Source of the DNA: a virus
Lineage: Duplodnaviria; Caudoviricetes
Virus record (IMG/VR): IMGVR_UViG_3300028197_000011
Coordinates: 1-55,583 of that record
Direction: 5' to 3' (one strand)
Length of the DNA: 55,583 nt
Position 1 is the first letter of the stretch. Each line of letters starts with the position of its first letter. Under the pieces are notes generated by a model. That model was not told the origin of the DNA and did no database searches. It saw nothing but the letters and a program-made list of their open reading frames with translations. Positions 28,801 through 38,199 of the stretch are shown piece by piece. Both the position numbers and the translations under genes were made by a program.

Positions 28801-29957
28801 GAGCTATGAATTTTAATGTAAATCCAGCATTAATACAACATTATTTAAGGTGGGACGCGACAATAGGAATGCCGGGAATGAACGGCGTAATTGCAAACTA
28901 TCCTACAGAGGGACAATTGCTGGGAAGTCAGCCAGTATCAGATCCTAAGAATATTAGCGCTATAGAAAAAGCTGTAGATGGCTTGACATTTTCTATTAAC
29001 AATAGAATACAAGTTGCTTCTCCAGCATCAATATATCCTTTAAATGTAGCTGTGCCTATGCTTTCTACGCAACGATCTTATGGGCCTTATTATAATAGTG
29101 CTATAGACTCTGGGGAATTAGAGTATATTCATGACGAAAGCTTATCCCCTTGGACGTATGGTAGCTATGCTGGGATGGACGCAGTAGCTCAAACTCTTTT
29201 AAATGGAACTGCTGGTTCTGACTTAGATACTGAAAGAGCTTCTTTCACAATGGTTGGCTGGCCTGAAGGTATCACGCTTGGAGGCTTGCTACGAGGTGGA
29301 CCAGCTATTACCAGTATCAATACAAACTTTAGTACTCAAGGTATTAAAACTAATGTGACTCTAGACTCTTACACTCCTAGCTTTGGAAAGATGGCTAGAC
29401 AAAGAACTGAGCATATTAAAAAATTAAGCAGAAACCAACAAAAATTTCAAGATCATGTTAATGCTTTGATTAGAAAAAATGTTATTAGTGGTAGAGATAA
29501 TTTTTCCAAGTTTAAGGCTGGTGCTGAATTCCATGCTTTAGAATCTGCTAGAGTGTCTACATCAAATTATGGATCAACTCCTCTTGCTAGAGGTGAAAAA
29601 AATCCTTCCAACTCAATTAATATCGACGTAAGAGTAGAAAGCGCAATGGTTAACGGTGTTCATCAAAATGTTAATTTCCCCGTAGGATACCGTGACTTTT
29701 CTCCATATCCATACAAGCAATATGCATCTTCTATACAAAGCGCTAAAGATACAGCAGAGATGGGAGGAATGCTATTAGCTAATAAGTATTCTTATTTGAG
29801 ACAATATTGGCATTCCATATCCACCACCATTGAAGAAATGTTTCATCCAGCATCGACTACTTGGCATAATATATTCCCAGCTATGGGACAACCCACGGAT
29901 TTAATTTTGTATCATGATGGTCACGATGATGATCACGAAATAAGTTACTACGATTAG
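25836..29957 (+). CDS. Large hypothetical virion protein (possible tail hub/baseplate)
   Basis: Long ORF with probable ATG at 25836 after gagga. The N-terminal SFSCSGGFGESPSQLNVTLV and YTVTLTDPRE segments resemble hub-type beta strands (weak). Confidence 0.5.
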   Translation: MSQPKQASDPMDDKTDYFKVEIQGKETTTTPAPTGGGGGTPSIRTALSAPEYTATTPPPDKVDQQRFLGSTIVSFSCSGGFGESPSQLNVTLVNDEGDSFITPTVGQPAWFCFGDKQKYASDGGFRKAISDLYRYSDDEHKQFYETDTDPVTGDVVKSRHFAFGGLVQSWNYNEDPNSGQLYTVTLTDPREILSNVSLLLNNHAGTTYSNNNLINIYGFLEHVSDDHRANFMIQSNLQKSYTFPPKEFNDVGAAYTQGRIITGIGLSLRSELGMPLFRIVQAMNALMGSHETPVLQGDEYSQYGGFIKFRGKTYVVDLSEVPIPDPNYKINYDTISILDLCMELCEASNHEMLVSLLPLEETHMAIDTRGSKADKITNWYSNWRGVVQADGVIKVSTVDRSVAGGTGASAYIADTPFWIENKDIGTEMQSAVTDRFITGAKEVMMYYFTAQHDLWPAQGPWKLEHSLKNQILPYYGTLGTGMVTIPRGYGPWSQIILDASGVTAFGVGQYYVTTEMELRAADVSFDQWLNFLNQYNRKYWEYVVNGDIRDGGAEGNEKGDGSGGIGEGSGSGGQIEITVPRCCWPPHPKDLNNWAGDNERYAVTKQICSPPYGWPLYWKRASGLGAFSGGAVGNPNTGLEKSGKGDAANNDEKNTGNDAFNAQSGGANTAVDGAQAKRGLKNLQIVYNFLKSVADECLGKKFLVKIPQMHNNGWSVGNPYGFAPRNAEGAVDLTLAQGGWNKGTKDTMLYPANFGGTPKPTSIRKKGALDIGYNSEKGSFVFSYYPEPQGGMDPRNLNLVPPALSGFFSQEGRTGTYVKFPAGDFDVEGLDKNSFCYFGGSLHVLADLDSNYYIAPPLTKVSPQVAGNGAGPIEIIEAGYQTITDPTTGERKQVEKVKPYIIPPPQFQPSSEDENPTLPTVYDIDNMDVDDGAGKVDVFVPGSAGQLITIDLLRAKANWSPDFYNEGFHVYVLITVPRISIGDEEAQARAMNFNVNPALIQHYLRWDATIGMPGMNGVIANYPTEGQLLGSQPVSDPKNISAIEKAVDGLTFSINNRIQVASPASIYPLNVAVPMLSTQRSYGPYYNSAIDSGELEYIHDESLSPWTYGSYAGMDAVAQTLLNGTAGSDLDTERASFTMVGWPEGITLGGLLRGGPAITSINTNFSTQGIKTNVTLDSYTPSFGKMARQRTEHIKKLSRNQQKFQDHVNALIRKNVISGRDNFSKFKAGAEFHALESARVSTSNYGSTPLARGEKNPSNSINIDVRVESAMVNGVHQNVNFPVGYRDFSPYPYKQYASSIQSAKDTAEMGGMLLANKYSYLRQYWHSISTTIEEMFHPASTTWHNIFPAMGQPTDLILYHDGHDDDHEISYYD

Positions 29958-29968
29958 GAGAAGAATAA

Positions 29969-32900
29969 ATGTTTAAAGGAAATGCTATATCTTGTGTAGA
30001 TTCTGGTCATTACTTTTACTTAGGAGAATTAGCTAAATTTGGTTTGGCTATTATGTCTAATGGAGAATTCAAGGTAGTAAAAAAAGCCGCTGGAGTACCA
30101 CCCATTGTAAAAAATGCTATAGCTGAGAAGGTGCTGGATTGGTGTCAGGAAGACACAGGTGGTGGCGAAACTTGGTACTACATGGAAAACATGGGTAATG
30201 GTGCGGTTCAAAAAACTTCAATGACAAAAGAAGAAGTTCAAGAACTTATAACTTATGTAGATACTAAGTCATACGCTGAACGTATTAAACAAGTTAATGT
30301 TGCAGATAAAGAAAAGAAAATTAGAAAAATACAGAATAGTGAATTTGGATCTTTGTGGCAAGAGTATACGAAGTCAGAAACTGTTGCAAACGAAAGTTTC
30401 CAGATGAAATATTTAAATAAATTATATTTTCACAAGAAACATATAGAAAGAAAAGAAAGAGTTCCTGCTTTTAAGGGGGGAACTTTAATAGCAGATCACC
30501 CACGGAGAAAGAGTGGTGCTAAGTACGCTTTTAAACACACGTTGGGAGCAAAAAGATACGCAATAGAACAAGACAAAGTATCTACAGGTATATATGTTGG
30601 TGATATAAATTTAACAGAATTTGATTATGCCTCTATGGTCGCGGCTCCTCTTAAGTTATATTACAACGCTAATGAAAGTATGTGGGAAACTAATTCTATA
30701 TTTTTAGTAAGCTTGCTAGAAGATATAGATGCAGCAGATAATTTAGCTCCAGCTTTAGATAAAGATAATCTTGATTATGAATCTTCAGAATTTTATGGTT
30801 CAGAACCTCCTGCTAAACTATGGGATTACAGAACTGGCCTAGCCATTCCTCTAGCTATTCAAGATAATAATCCACAAGCTTTCGGTCCTAATATAATTCA
30901 AAAGTGGAACGCTGATGATGATAAATATGATAATCAGGTAGAAAAAGTAAGAGTGGTAAATAGAAGTGGACAAATATTTAGAACTGGAGAAATTGCACTT
31001 TGCATAAATGTAGACGGGGAAAACTTGTTGTTACGTATGGGTGAAGGCGGTGTGGTAGAGATTAGACCGCCTGCTTTTACTAGCCCTTGGCTGTTTGCAA
31101 AGTTTTTGGCTAGTTCAGATTCGTATTTTAGAAAGGCAGATGACACTAGAATTAATATTGGGCAAGAGTGTATTGATGAGGTGCATAAGTGCATTACAAA
31201 TCACCCTACTGCAATAGGATTAAGGGGCTATATTCAAGATACCTCTCACAGCATGACAGGGAAGGACACCGCTACCGACGATGATAAACCAAAAATAATG
31301 GGTGGCAAACTTAGTGAAAACAAAGATGCTTATTCTTCTAGAATTAATGTCAGCGTACCAGTTGGAGATAATGAAGAAACTATTATTGACAGTATTACAT
31401 GCAATGATATAAAATTATTTTGGGGGCCAGTATTTTCTAACGGTCACGCTACCGGCGTAGGAAGACATGACAAAAATCAAACTCCTGCTGATGTTGCTGC
31501 TTGTGGTCCACTAAGAGGAGCCGATGGAAACTATGACGGATCTCCAATTGAAGATCATGAATCAATATTATATTTAATTAATACAATTGACGATAGTACA
31601 GAAATCAATTTAGCGAAATTGTGTAGGAATTATAATAATAACGCAACCGATGGTACTCTAGATAGATTTTGGTTTGGACCTGATATTGAAGTAGTGCAAG
31701 AAGATGGGTCTAAAACGATGGTAGCCACCGCAACTAATTCTAAACCTAATGATCCATCGACTATTCAGTACTCACTACTTAGCGCTGACGTTTATGCTCA
31801 TCTAGACACAAATGCTGGAAACACATCGCTTACTAGAAATATGGAGAAAGCAGCAAGAGATCATTACACTGTGTGTGGAGAATTTTCTAATTACGATGTC
31901 GGCACAAATTTGTTTGGAGGTAGAACTTTTGGTCCTTTCGCTGGCACTAATGCGGCAGCTTATCAGCATATCTATGGAGACGCTCCTCCGGGTGGATACC
32001 CCGGCCCTAAGTACGATGCTTATATTACCAAGGAGCCTCTCAACAGACCTCAAGCTGCTTACGATATATATGGAGATGACGGTGCATACCGTGGAGCTAA
32101 CGCTATTGGTATGACATGTAGTAGAAGATTAGCTTTTAATAAGGGAGCTTGGACTTTAAATGTTGACACAGAACAAGTATATGGAACTCAAGGTATATTC
32201 TATGGTGGCGCTGTTGGTGGTGGTATTAGTTTAACCATACTTCCGGGTATTGGAGGTTGGGTAAACGACACTACGGGTAAGATGATATCTGGGACTACTC
32301 AAGTTTACGGATCTTCTTTAGATAGTTTAGATAGTTTTGGAACAGCTGCTATGAACGTACAAGTGTGGGACGGTTGGCCTAGAGAGTTGTGTATGTGGCT
32401 ACCACAATATGCAGTTCCTCTACATTTTTCAGATTTTCCAAGCTATACGGAGACAGAATATCAAGTACAAAAGTGGAATGGCGAGGAAATGGAAGAGACC
32501 ACTATTGATGTTGGTGATACTGCTTGTAGGTATGATTTTAGAGTTCCTACGTTTGGAGATAAACACAACGACATAAGAAGCTATACTACTAACAGAGATG
32601 GAGAAGGAGTGCCACTTGGTGTAATCCCGCCAAAGGAAGGTGGCGAGACAGAAGTGTTACGACCCAAAGAATATTGGAACTTGAGTACTACAAGAAGGGG
32701 TAGATTTCTTACTTACTATGGATTTGTATGGGCAGAGCCTGTTATTGGTTTAAGTAATCAATTTTCTATACAATTTTCTGGTGCGCCAGAATCCTTTGTG
32801 ACAGGCGATATAATAGATTGTGGAAGAGGTGTATGGGTTAAGTGTACTACAGGAGGTGGAACCCCAGCATTTACTTTTGCAAAAAGTGACGAAATTACAC

Positions 32901-33337
32901 CAGATGCTTCAATTTATCAAGAGGTTTATGGAGGTGGTGATCCAACTAAAACAACTTTCAAAATGCGGGGGCGGGATTTTGAACCGCAGGAATTCCCATA
33001 TAAATTAGTAATACCTTCTCCAAATGGAGGTGAAAACGCTGAGATGATTTGCGACCTTTCCCAGTGTTATGAAGTATACCACATGGATTATGGCCCAAAA
33101 CCTCAAAGCTCTATGACAAGATGTTCTAGAGCTAGCGGTGCGGGGCAAAAAAGGGTCACAGGAGTCAAGTCTACTCAAATTGGTGTATTAGATAATCAAG
33201 ATCCAAATAACCCATATCCGGGCGAATATGAGGTCTTTGTCTATGTCCATAATGATATAGGATTATGCCTACATAAGCCTGTAGCCGCTACCACTGGAAC
33301 CCAATTCCACAACTATATTAAAGCTACTTTCAGCTAA
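29969..33337 (+). CDS. Hypothetical structural protein (1122 aa)
   Basis: Long ORF, aggag SD, located in the structural block. Confidence 0.6.
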   Translation: MFKGNAISCVDSGHYFYLGELAKFGLAIMSNGEFKVVKKAAGVPPIVKNAIAEKVLDWCQEDTGGGETWYYMENMGNGAVQKTSMTKEEVQELITYVDTKSYAERIKQVNVADKEKKIRKIQNSEFGSLWQEYTKSETVANESFQMKYLNKLYFHKKHIERKERVPAFKGGTLIADHPRRKSGAKYAFKHTLGAKRYAIEQDKVSTGIYVGDINLTEFDYASMVAAPLKLYYNANESMWETNSIFLVSLLEDIDAADNLAPALDKDNLDYESSEFYGSEPPAKLWDYRTGLAIPLAIQDNNPQAFGPNIIQKWNADDDKYDNQVEKVRVVNRSGQIFRTGEIALCINVDGENLLLRMGEGGVVEIRPPAFTSPWLFAKFLASSDSYFRKADDTRINIGQECIDEVHKCITNHPTAIGLRGYIQDTSHSMTGKDTATDDDKPKIMGGKLSENKDAYSSRINVSVPVGDNEETIIDSITCNDIKLFWGPVFSNGHATGVGRHDKNQTPADVAACGPLRGADGNYDGSPIEDHESILYLINTIDDSTEINLAKLCRNYNNNATDGTLDRFWFGPDIEVVQEDGSKTMVATATNSKPNDPSTIQYSLLSADVYAHLDTNAGNTSLTRNMEKAARDHYTVCGEFSNYDVGTNLFGGRTFGPFAGTNAAAYQHIYGDAPPGGYPGPKYDAYITKEPLNRPQAAYDIYGDDGAYRGANAIGMTCSRRLAFNKGAWTLNVDTEQVYGTQGIFYGGAVGGGISLTILPGIGGWVNDTTGKMISGTTQVYGSSLDSLDSFGTAAMNVQVWDGWPRELCMWLPQYAVPLHFSDFPSYTETEYQVQKWNGEEMEETTIDVGDTACRYDFRVPTFGDKHNDIRSYTTNRDGEGVPLGVIPPKEGGETEVLRPKEYWNLSTTRRGRFLTYYGFVWAEPVIGLSNQFSIQFSGAPESFVTGDIIDCGRGVWVKCTTGGGTPAFTFAKSDEITPDASIYQEVYGGGDPTKTTFKMRGRDFEPQEFPYKLVIPSPNGGENAEMICDLSQCYEVYHMDYGPKPQSSMTRCSRASGAGQKRVTGVKSTQIGVLDNQDPNNPYPGEYEVFVYVHNDIGLCLHKPVAATTGTQFHNYIKATFS

Positions 33338-33386
33338 TTTTTCGTGTATATTAATATGTACCCCCTACAATAACGGAGACCCAATT

Positions 33387-34178
33387 ATGCCAGCTACTAT
33401 CACATTTTATGGAAATCAAAAGTTGAGCGATTCTCAGGACTTGCTAGATCATAATACTGGCAGTGGTATTGGTTTTTTTGGCAGTAGTTTTGGAGTTCCA
33501 GTTCCCCTGACTGAATCTCAGCAGACTACATGGGTCACAGATGAGCTTGGTAGAGAAACTGGAAATCAGCTTAACAACAATCAATACGTAACTGAGGGTG
33601 ATACTACAGGCTTGGGAACGGGTGAGCAAGGTACTGTTAAAATTAATGGAGCTGATCCTTTAAATATTAGCAGATTACCAAATCATAAATCAACTTTAAA
33701 CATTAGATTTGAGTATGATGAACCTGTAGTTTGTAATCAACCTACCATTGTTATATATGATAGAAGCACCATTGAAAACCACGCTGTAGACGTTATTACA
33801 TATGTTTATGAGTGTAGACATCCACAATCAGAAGAAAGTGCCGCAAGTTTATCTCACAGAGCTAAAGGTACATTTACTTGGACTACATTTAACCCCAGAG
33901 CAAGTGATAAACCTACACCTATGTTGTTAACTAATTCCCCCGGACCTAGCGGACTTAATAGTAGTCCAGCAGATACGGCTGGAAGTTATGGTGCTTATGT
34001 AGACTCAGAAATGACAGCGATTGGCAACGGCTTAACCAGAGACGATTTTAATAAAGAAGACGTTGGATATTTCATGAGGCACGATTGGTTTATATCTCTT
34101 AGTTCTTCACCAATTGAGATTGGACAAAAAGCATCTTATGGCCTCTACTTCACTGTAGATTATTTGCCACAGGCATAA
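33387..34178 (+). CDS. Hypothetical structural protein (263 aa)
   Basis: ORF with ggag SD; beta-strand-rich; last gene of the + block. Confidence 0.6.
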   Translation: MPATITFYGNQKLSDSQDLLDHNTGSGIGFFGSSFGVPVPLTESQQTTWVTDELGRETGNQLNNNQYVTEGDTTGLGTGEQGTVKINGADPLNISRLPNHKSTLNIRFEYDEPVVCNQPTIVIYDRSTIENHAVDVITYVYECRHPQSEESAASLSHRAKGTFTWTTFNPRASDKPTPMLLTNSPGPSGLNSSPADTAGSYGAYVDSEMTAIGNGLTRDDFNKEDVGYFMRHDWFISLSSSPIEIGQKASYGLYFTVDYLPQA

Positions 34179-34203
34179 AAAGAGGGGGCATTTCTGCCCC
34201 CTC
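34177..34203 (-). terminator. Intrinsic terminator at the convergence point of the two blocks
   Basis: Perfect 9-bp stem gagggggca-tttc-tgccccctc. The A5 run on its left gives a U-tract on the - strand. Confidence 0.8.
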
Positions 34204-34206
34204 GTA

Positions 34207-34260
34207 ATAGAGATAACAATCTGAATCTAGAATAAACTAGTTAATGTTTTAAATCTCTAT
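34207..34260. other. Conserved hairpin element, copy H3
   Basis: atagagat-aaca-atctgaat-ctag-aataaa-ctag-ttaa-tgtt-ttaa-atctctat; same architecture as the copies at 47306 and 47366. Confidence 0.8.
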
Positions 34261-34261
34261 G

Positions 34262-34291
34262 TTTAAACTAGGTTATGATGCGAACCTCTAT
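34262..34291. repeat. Half copy (right arm) of the hairpin element
   Basis: tttaaa-ctag-gtta-tgat-gcga-acctctat aligns without gaps to the right half of H1-H3. Confidence 0.55.
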
Positions 34292-34620
34292 TCCATAGCC
34301 TTGGTCTTTGGGTTCCACTTGAGCCAGCCATTATCTGGTAGCCATGTGTCGCCATCCTTACGCTTGGGAAACAGACCTCCACCCTTCTTCATAGAGCCAA
34401 AAGCAAGTTTGGCCCCACAGTCTGCACATCGTAGTTCATAGTATTCATTTTCGTCCACAGTTCTAACTACAAATCTTAGGTTCTCAGAACCACACTTTCC
34501 ACATTTACTTTCTTCAAAGACTTCTTGAAATCTTGAGATTTGAGTAAACACTTCTCTGTGCGTATCTGCTTCAAACTCTGCTGTAATCCTGTTATTTGCT
34601 GTTGTATAGTTTAGCTTCAT
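34288..34620 (-). CDS. Zinc-ribbon hypothetical protein (110 aa)
   Basis: Likely start MKLNYTT after ggag; CGKC and CADC motifs. Confidence 0.7.
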   Translation of the reverse strand: MKLNYTTANNRITAEFEADTHREVFTQISRFQEVFEESKCGKCGSENLRFVVRTVDENEYYELRCADCGAKLAFGSMKKGGGLFPKRKDGDTWLPDNGWLKWNPKTKAME

Positions 34621-34621
34621 C

Positions 34622-35377
34622 TTATCTCCACTCTTGATTATATCCAGTAATTTCACTTGGAATAGTACTCTTGTCACGTTGATATTCATTGAGACGATCA
34701 ATGATTTCGCTGGCGACCTTCTTTGAAATTTTACGATTATTATCTACTTTAAATATATCTTTTAGTAGTTTTGCTCCATCTATATTTAACTGTTTACATT
34801 TAATGTCTATAAAGTTATATTGCGCATCACTCATCCTTGCGGATTCATCAAATTCCCCAGCGCTGCTACTATTTTGCTTGGATAGATCGCGTACAATTTT
34901 TGCAGTATCTTTCTTTGTTAACTCTTCTGCTGCTACACCCTTGATCTTTAGAACTTTTCGTAAAGCTCTAGCTTCTGCTCTTGTGCTAGCAATCGCAACG
35001 GCGAAAGCGCAGAACATGTCATCTGTGTTTCCCTCCCAAGAGTCTGCTACTTCTGAGCATCTTAAACCATTAACAAATTCTATCGTAAAAATAACAGTTG
35101 CTCTACCGTGATGGTCGTCTCTATCTGTAGGCTTTACCCACGTTGGACCACTAAACGACATCGGCCCCAGAACAATTTCAGAAACCCTCCTAAGACCAGT
35201 TACGAGAGGATGACCATTCATTAGCTCATCTTCCTGAAACAAGGTCATAGCGTAATCATGCCACTCTGGTGACAACATAGAAGGAGCATCTTCAAGTACC
35301 ACGTTTTTCACTGATGTGTCAGTATTTGATGGCGTATCTAATGATTCCATACCATCAAACAAATTCTCTTCATTCAT
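34622..35377 (-). CDS. Rad52/Sak-like single-strand annealing protein
   Basis: ATVIFTIEF...EVAD...AVAIASTRAEARALRKVLKI...AEEL pattern; gagga SD before MNEENLF. Confidence 0.55.
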   Translation of the reverse strand: MNEENLFDGMESLDTPSNTDTSVKNVVLEDAPSMLSPEWHDYAMTLFQEDELMNGHPLVTGLRRVSEIVLGPMSFSGPTWVKPTDRDDHHGRATVIFTIEFVNGLRCSEVADSWEGNTDDMFCAFAVAIASTRAEARALRKVLKIKGVAAEELTKKDTAKIVRDLSKQNSSSAGEFDESARMSDAQYNFIDIKCKQLNIDGAKLLKDIFKVDNNRKISKKVASEIIDRLNEYQRDKSTIPSEITGYNQEWR

Positions 35378-35385
35378 ATTTATCC

Positions 35386-36156
35386 TCATGCTTCTAGTTC
35401 AATATATCTACTGGATTTAGATGGAAATACTTTTTCCATACCGTGTAACAAATCAATCAACTTGTTCTTCAACTCTTCCTGCGCACTTAAGCACACAGAA
35501 TCTGAAAGGTGCTTTACTCTTATTATAGCAAATCCTTTGCTTAAAATCAACCCCGTCTTGTTAGAATCTGCTTTAATTTGTTTCCTAAGTTTTTCTTCCC
35601 CCCAAATTGGCAAAAAATGCGAAGGACCATCTACTTCTATAATACATTTTATCTTTGGTAAGTATAGATCTATTTCAAGATTTTCGTTTGGTATTAAATT
35701 CTTTTTGTGTTTTTGTATATTCAATCCTGTTCTAGATAGCTCTTCGTACAAAAACCTCTCTAGTTTAGAACCTTCTTTTCCAGCTTTCTGTATAGCTTTA
35801 ATTGCTAGACTTTGCATATTCTGTTTATCTTGAGCTGTCATATTTGACCATCTTACTTTAGCTTGTTTAACATGTTTATTATATTCTTCATCACTTATAT
35901 TATCCCAGTATTGTTTTAAAGAGCTACTTATTTTAAGTTTCTCTTCCTTACTTCTTTTTTTTCCTTGAGTTGGAATTTTAGCAATTCCTTTTTTGATTGC
36001 ATTCTTCTGCGCTGTACTTTTATCGTTAATCTGAACCCCGTTCTTTAATAAAATTCTTCTAATCTTATTGGGGTACGTATTTAAAAACTTGGCTATCTCG
36101 TATGTACTCATATTTTCTTTTTCGTACATGTTTACTATATCTGTTGTGTTTTTCAT
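35386..36156 (-). CDS. HTH/NUMOD3 plus Vsr/DUF559-type endonuclease (homing-endonuclease-like)
   Basis: N-terminal HTH (STYEIAKFLNTYPNKIRRIL), NUMOD3-like GKKRSKEEKLKISSSL, catalytic-type EIDLYLP...IEVDGPSH. Confidence 0.7.
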   Translation of the reverse strand: MKNTTDIVNMYEKENMSTYEIAKFLNTYPNKIRRILLKNGVQINDKSTAQKNAIKKGIAKIPTQGKKRSKEEKLKISSSLKQYWDNISDEEYNKHVKQAKVRWSNMTAQDKQNMQSLAIKAIQKAGKEGSKLERFLYEELSRTGLNIQKHKKNLIPNENLEIDLYLPKIKCIIEVDGPSHFLPIWGEEKLRKQIKADSNKTGLILSKGFAIIRVKHLSDSVCLSAQEELKNKLIDLLHGMEKVFPSKSSRYIELEA

Positions 36157-36160
36157 AATG

Positions 36161-36586
36161 TTAACCTAATTTATTTTTGAGGAACTCATCTATTGTTATC
36201 CCGCTACTTTGAAATATTCTTTTAGATTTCTCTACTACGTTTTCGTTGTCACAAACTATCTGTATATCACTATCATGTTTACTATATTCAAATAATCTTA
36301 CTATATCCACACCTTGTCCTATATAAAGTATCGCCGTGTCTATATTATTTTTAATAGATCTAGCATATATTATATCATTGACTGTGAAGCATAGCAAAAC
36401 TCCTGAAAAAAACGACATCTCAGCTATACCAAAAGTGCCAAAAGGAACTCCAGCGTTAACCTGAAAGTCTGCAAACATAGAAACATCTAAGTTTTTATAT
36501 TCTTGTTTAGCTACAGTCCCCACATTGGCAGCTGCCGACACAAACTCTGTAGCAGGGTGAAGTGCAAAGCCTAAACTAATTCCCAT
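36161..36586 (-). CDS. Hypothetical protein in the glycan cluster
   Basis: 141-aa ORF with aggag SD. Confidence 0.6.
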   Translation of the reverse strand: MGISLGFALHPATEFVSAAANVGTVAKQEYKNLDVSMFADFQVNAGVPFGTFGIAEMSFFSGVLLCFTVNDIIYARSIKNNIDTAILYIGQGVDIVRLFEYSKHDSDIQIVCDNENVVEKSKRIFQSSGITIDEFLKNKLG

Positions 36587-36595
36587 ACTTAACTC

Positions 36596-37348
36596 CTATA
36601 TAAAGTGATTCTCTTGTTCCAAGCATAATGATACATAGAAATAAAATCTTTCTAATGCGTGTGACATATCTCCATCTGGTCTATAGTGAGATGGAAAAAA
36701 ATTTTCATGAATACACGAGTGCGCTAAAGACAAAACCCTTTTATCTATTAGAAACATAGTCCCCGACGTAAATTTAAAGTTAAGATTATCTCTTTTTATT
36801 AAGCCATGTTTTTCATACATTATATATTGAAGCTCTCTTAACCATATCAAAGTCTGCCTGCATAATACCACTAAGTGTTTTTGGTCAAATCTTAATACCT
36901 TGTCAAGATTAATTAACTCTTCTTCGCTCTTTAATGATTCTAGTCTTTTAGGATGCTTTGAAGATACTAGACCAGAAGTTTCATCGTTTATTAATGAGTT
37001 AACTTTTTTCTCTTGTTCTATCAGAGGGTCTACTATTTGATCAATCCATTCGAGCTTATCGTTGCTTTTATCATGAGCGTAAAAGACCCAATCCTTATTC
37101 TCTTTATTTGTTTTATAAGATGCAAAAAATCCATTTTGATCTGTACCTTTATTTGGAACGTATACAGTTTTTACATCACAAAAATTATCATGTGCAAAAT
37201 CTAGTATAGCATCATTAGACTCTGAATCATGTATTAATGAAATGTTTATACGTCCCTTCCAATAGGGGCTAAGTTTTTTTAATAAGTATAATGAAGAATC
37301 TTCATACCAGAGATGTAGATGGACTTCTATTTTTTCTTGATTTAACAT
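36596..37348 (-). CDS. Rhamnan synthesis protein F (RgpF)-like protein
   Basis: VHLHLWY, PNKGTD, AHDKS, SGTMF and DGxxSHALER match RgpF-family motifs. Confidence 0.7.
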   Translation of the reverse strand: MLNQEKIEVHLHLWYEDSSLYLLKKLSPYWKGRINISLIHDSESNDAILDFAHDNFCDVKTVYVPNKGTDQNGFFASYKTNKENKDWVFYAHDKSNDKLEWIDQIVDPLIEQEKKVNSLINDETSGLVSSKHPKRLESLKSEEELINLDKVLRFDQKHLVVLCRQTLIWLRELQYIMYEKHGLIKRDNLNFKFTSGTMFLIDKRVLSLAHSCIHENFFPSHYRPDGDMSHALERFYFYVSLCLEQENHFI

Positions 37349-38199
37349 TAAATTTTTTGTGGTAATTGTGATAAAATAGTTTTTACTCTATTAATATTCG
37401 TGTGCTTGTCTTTAGTGTTCTTCTTTAGTTTTGAGAAGTCTTGTATCTTATTTTTATTGTTATAGTCTAAACTTTCTTCTATTTTAAAAATCTTTTTAAT
37501 CATATCGTCTATTTTTTCTGCTTTATTTTCAGAATAAAAGTAAACTTTATCACAGTAGATTATGGATTGAAAAAAGAATTCGTCTAAACCATCGTCTAAA
37601 TTTGTAAATAATACTTGATTATAATTTTGAATTAGATTTGCATAGTGAAATCCAGCAGGAACTTTTAAATCTCCGAGACCTTCAGTGGGAAATATATGAT
37701 AATGATCTTCATTTATTTTAATATCTAATTTATCTAGACTTTCTTGACCTTCAGTCACTATTAAGGTGTCAAATTTTTTAGACCACTTCTTCGACTCGTC
37801 TAACAGTCCCAGCTCAACAGCTGGCAACAAAGGGATAGCATTATCTGGCATAAATAAAACTTCTTTGTTCACAGTTTTATTGTAAAATACTCTATGATTT
37901 ATATTCATATTCTTTAAAGCTTCAAACGTATTTTTAGAAGAACCATATTTAGCTCCATCGTTACATATAAAAAGTGGTATATTTTTTTCTGAGTCCTGAA
38001 TATAGCAAACTGTATCTCTTGATAGTGTTTCACAATGGGTAATGTAAGCATCTGGGTTAAATGAGTCTAGCATTTCAAACATTGTTTGAGAAAAATCGTT
38101 AAGTAATACCTGATGATCTCCAACTTCTTGAAGTCCTCTAGCTAAATACTCAGGTTGAGAAATTGAATCTGTAGAATATTTATCAATTACTAACTTCAT
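37348..38199 (-). CDS. Hypothetical protein, possibly a degenerate GT-B glycosyltransferase
   Basis: 283-aa ORF; FNPDAYIT and C-terminal KHTNINRVKTIL resemble GT-B/CgeB-like termini. Confidence 0.45.
   Translation of the reverse strand: MKLVIDKYSTDSISQPEYLARGLQEVGDHQVLLNDFSQTMFEMLDSFNPDAYITHCETLSRDTVCYIQDSEKNIPLFICNDGAKYGSSKNTFEALKNMNINHRVFYNKTVNKEVLFMPDNAIPLLPAVELGLLDESKKWSKKFDTLIVTEGQESLDKLDIKINEDHYHIFPTEGLGDLKVPAGFHYANLIQNYNQVLFTNLDDGLDEFFFQSIIYCDKVYFYSENKAEKIDDMIKKIFKIEESLDYNNKNKIQDFSKLKKNTKDKHTNINRVKTILSQLPQKI

Noticed and set aside
715-33629. Short antisense and out-of-frame ORFs in the track across the structural block (likewise + strand ORFs in the replication block)
   Set aside because: They are shadows of long genes, with no recognisable motifs
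34207-34260. Hairpins as tRNA, attC site, hammerhead ribozyme or terminator
   Set aside because: No cloverleaf or TTC arm, no RYYYAAC/GTTRRRY ends, no CUGAnGA/GAAA core and no U-tract
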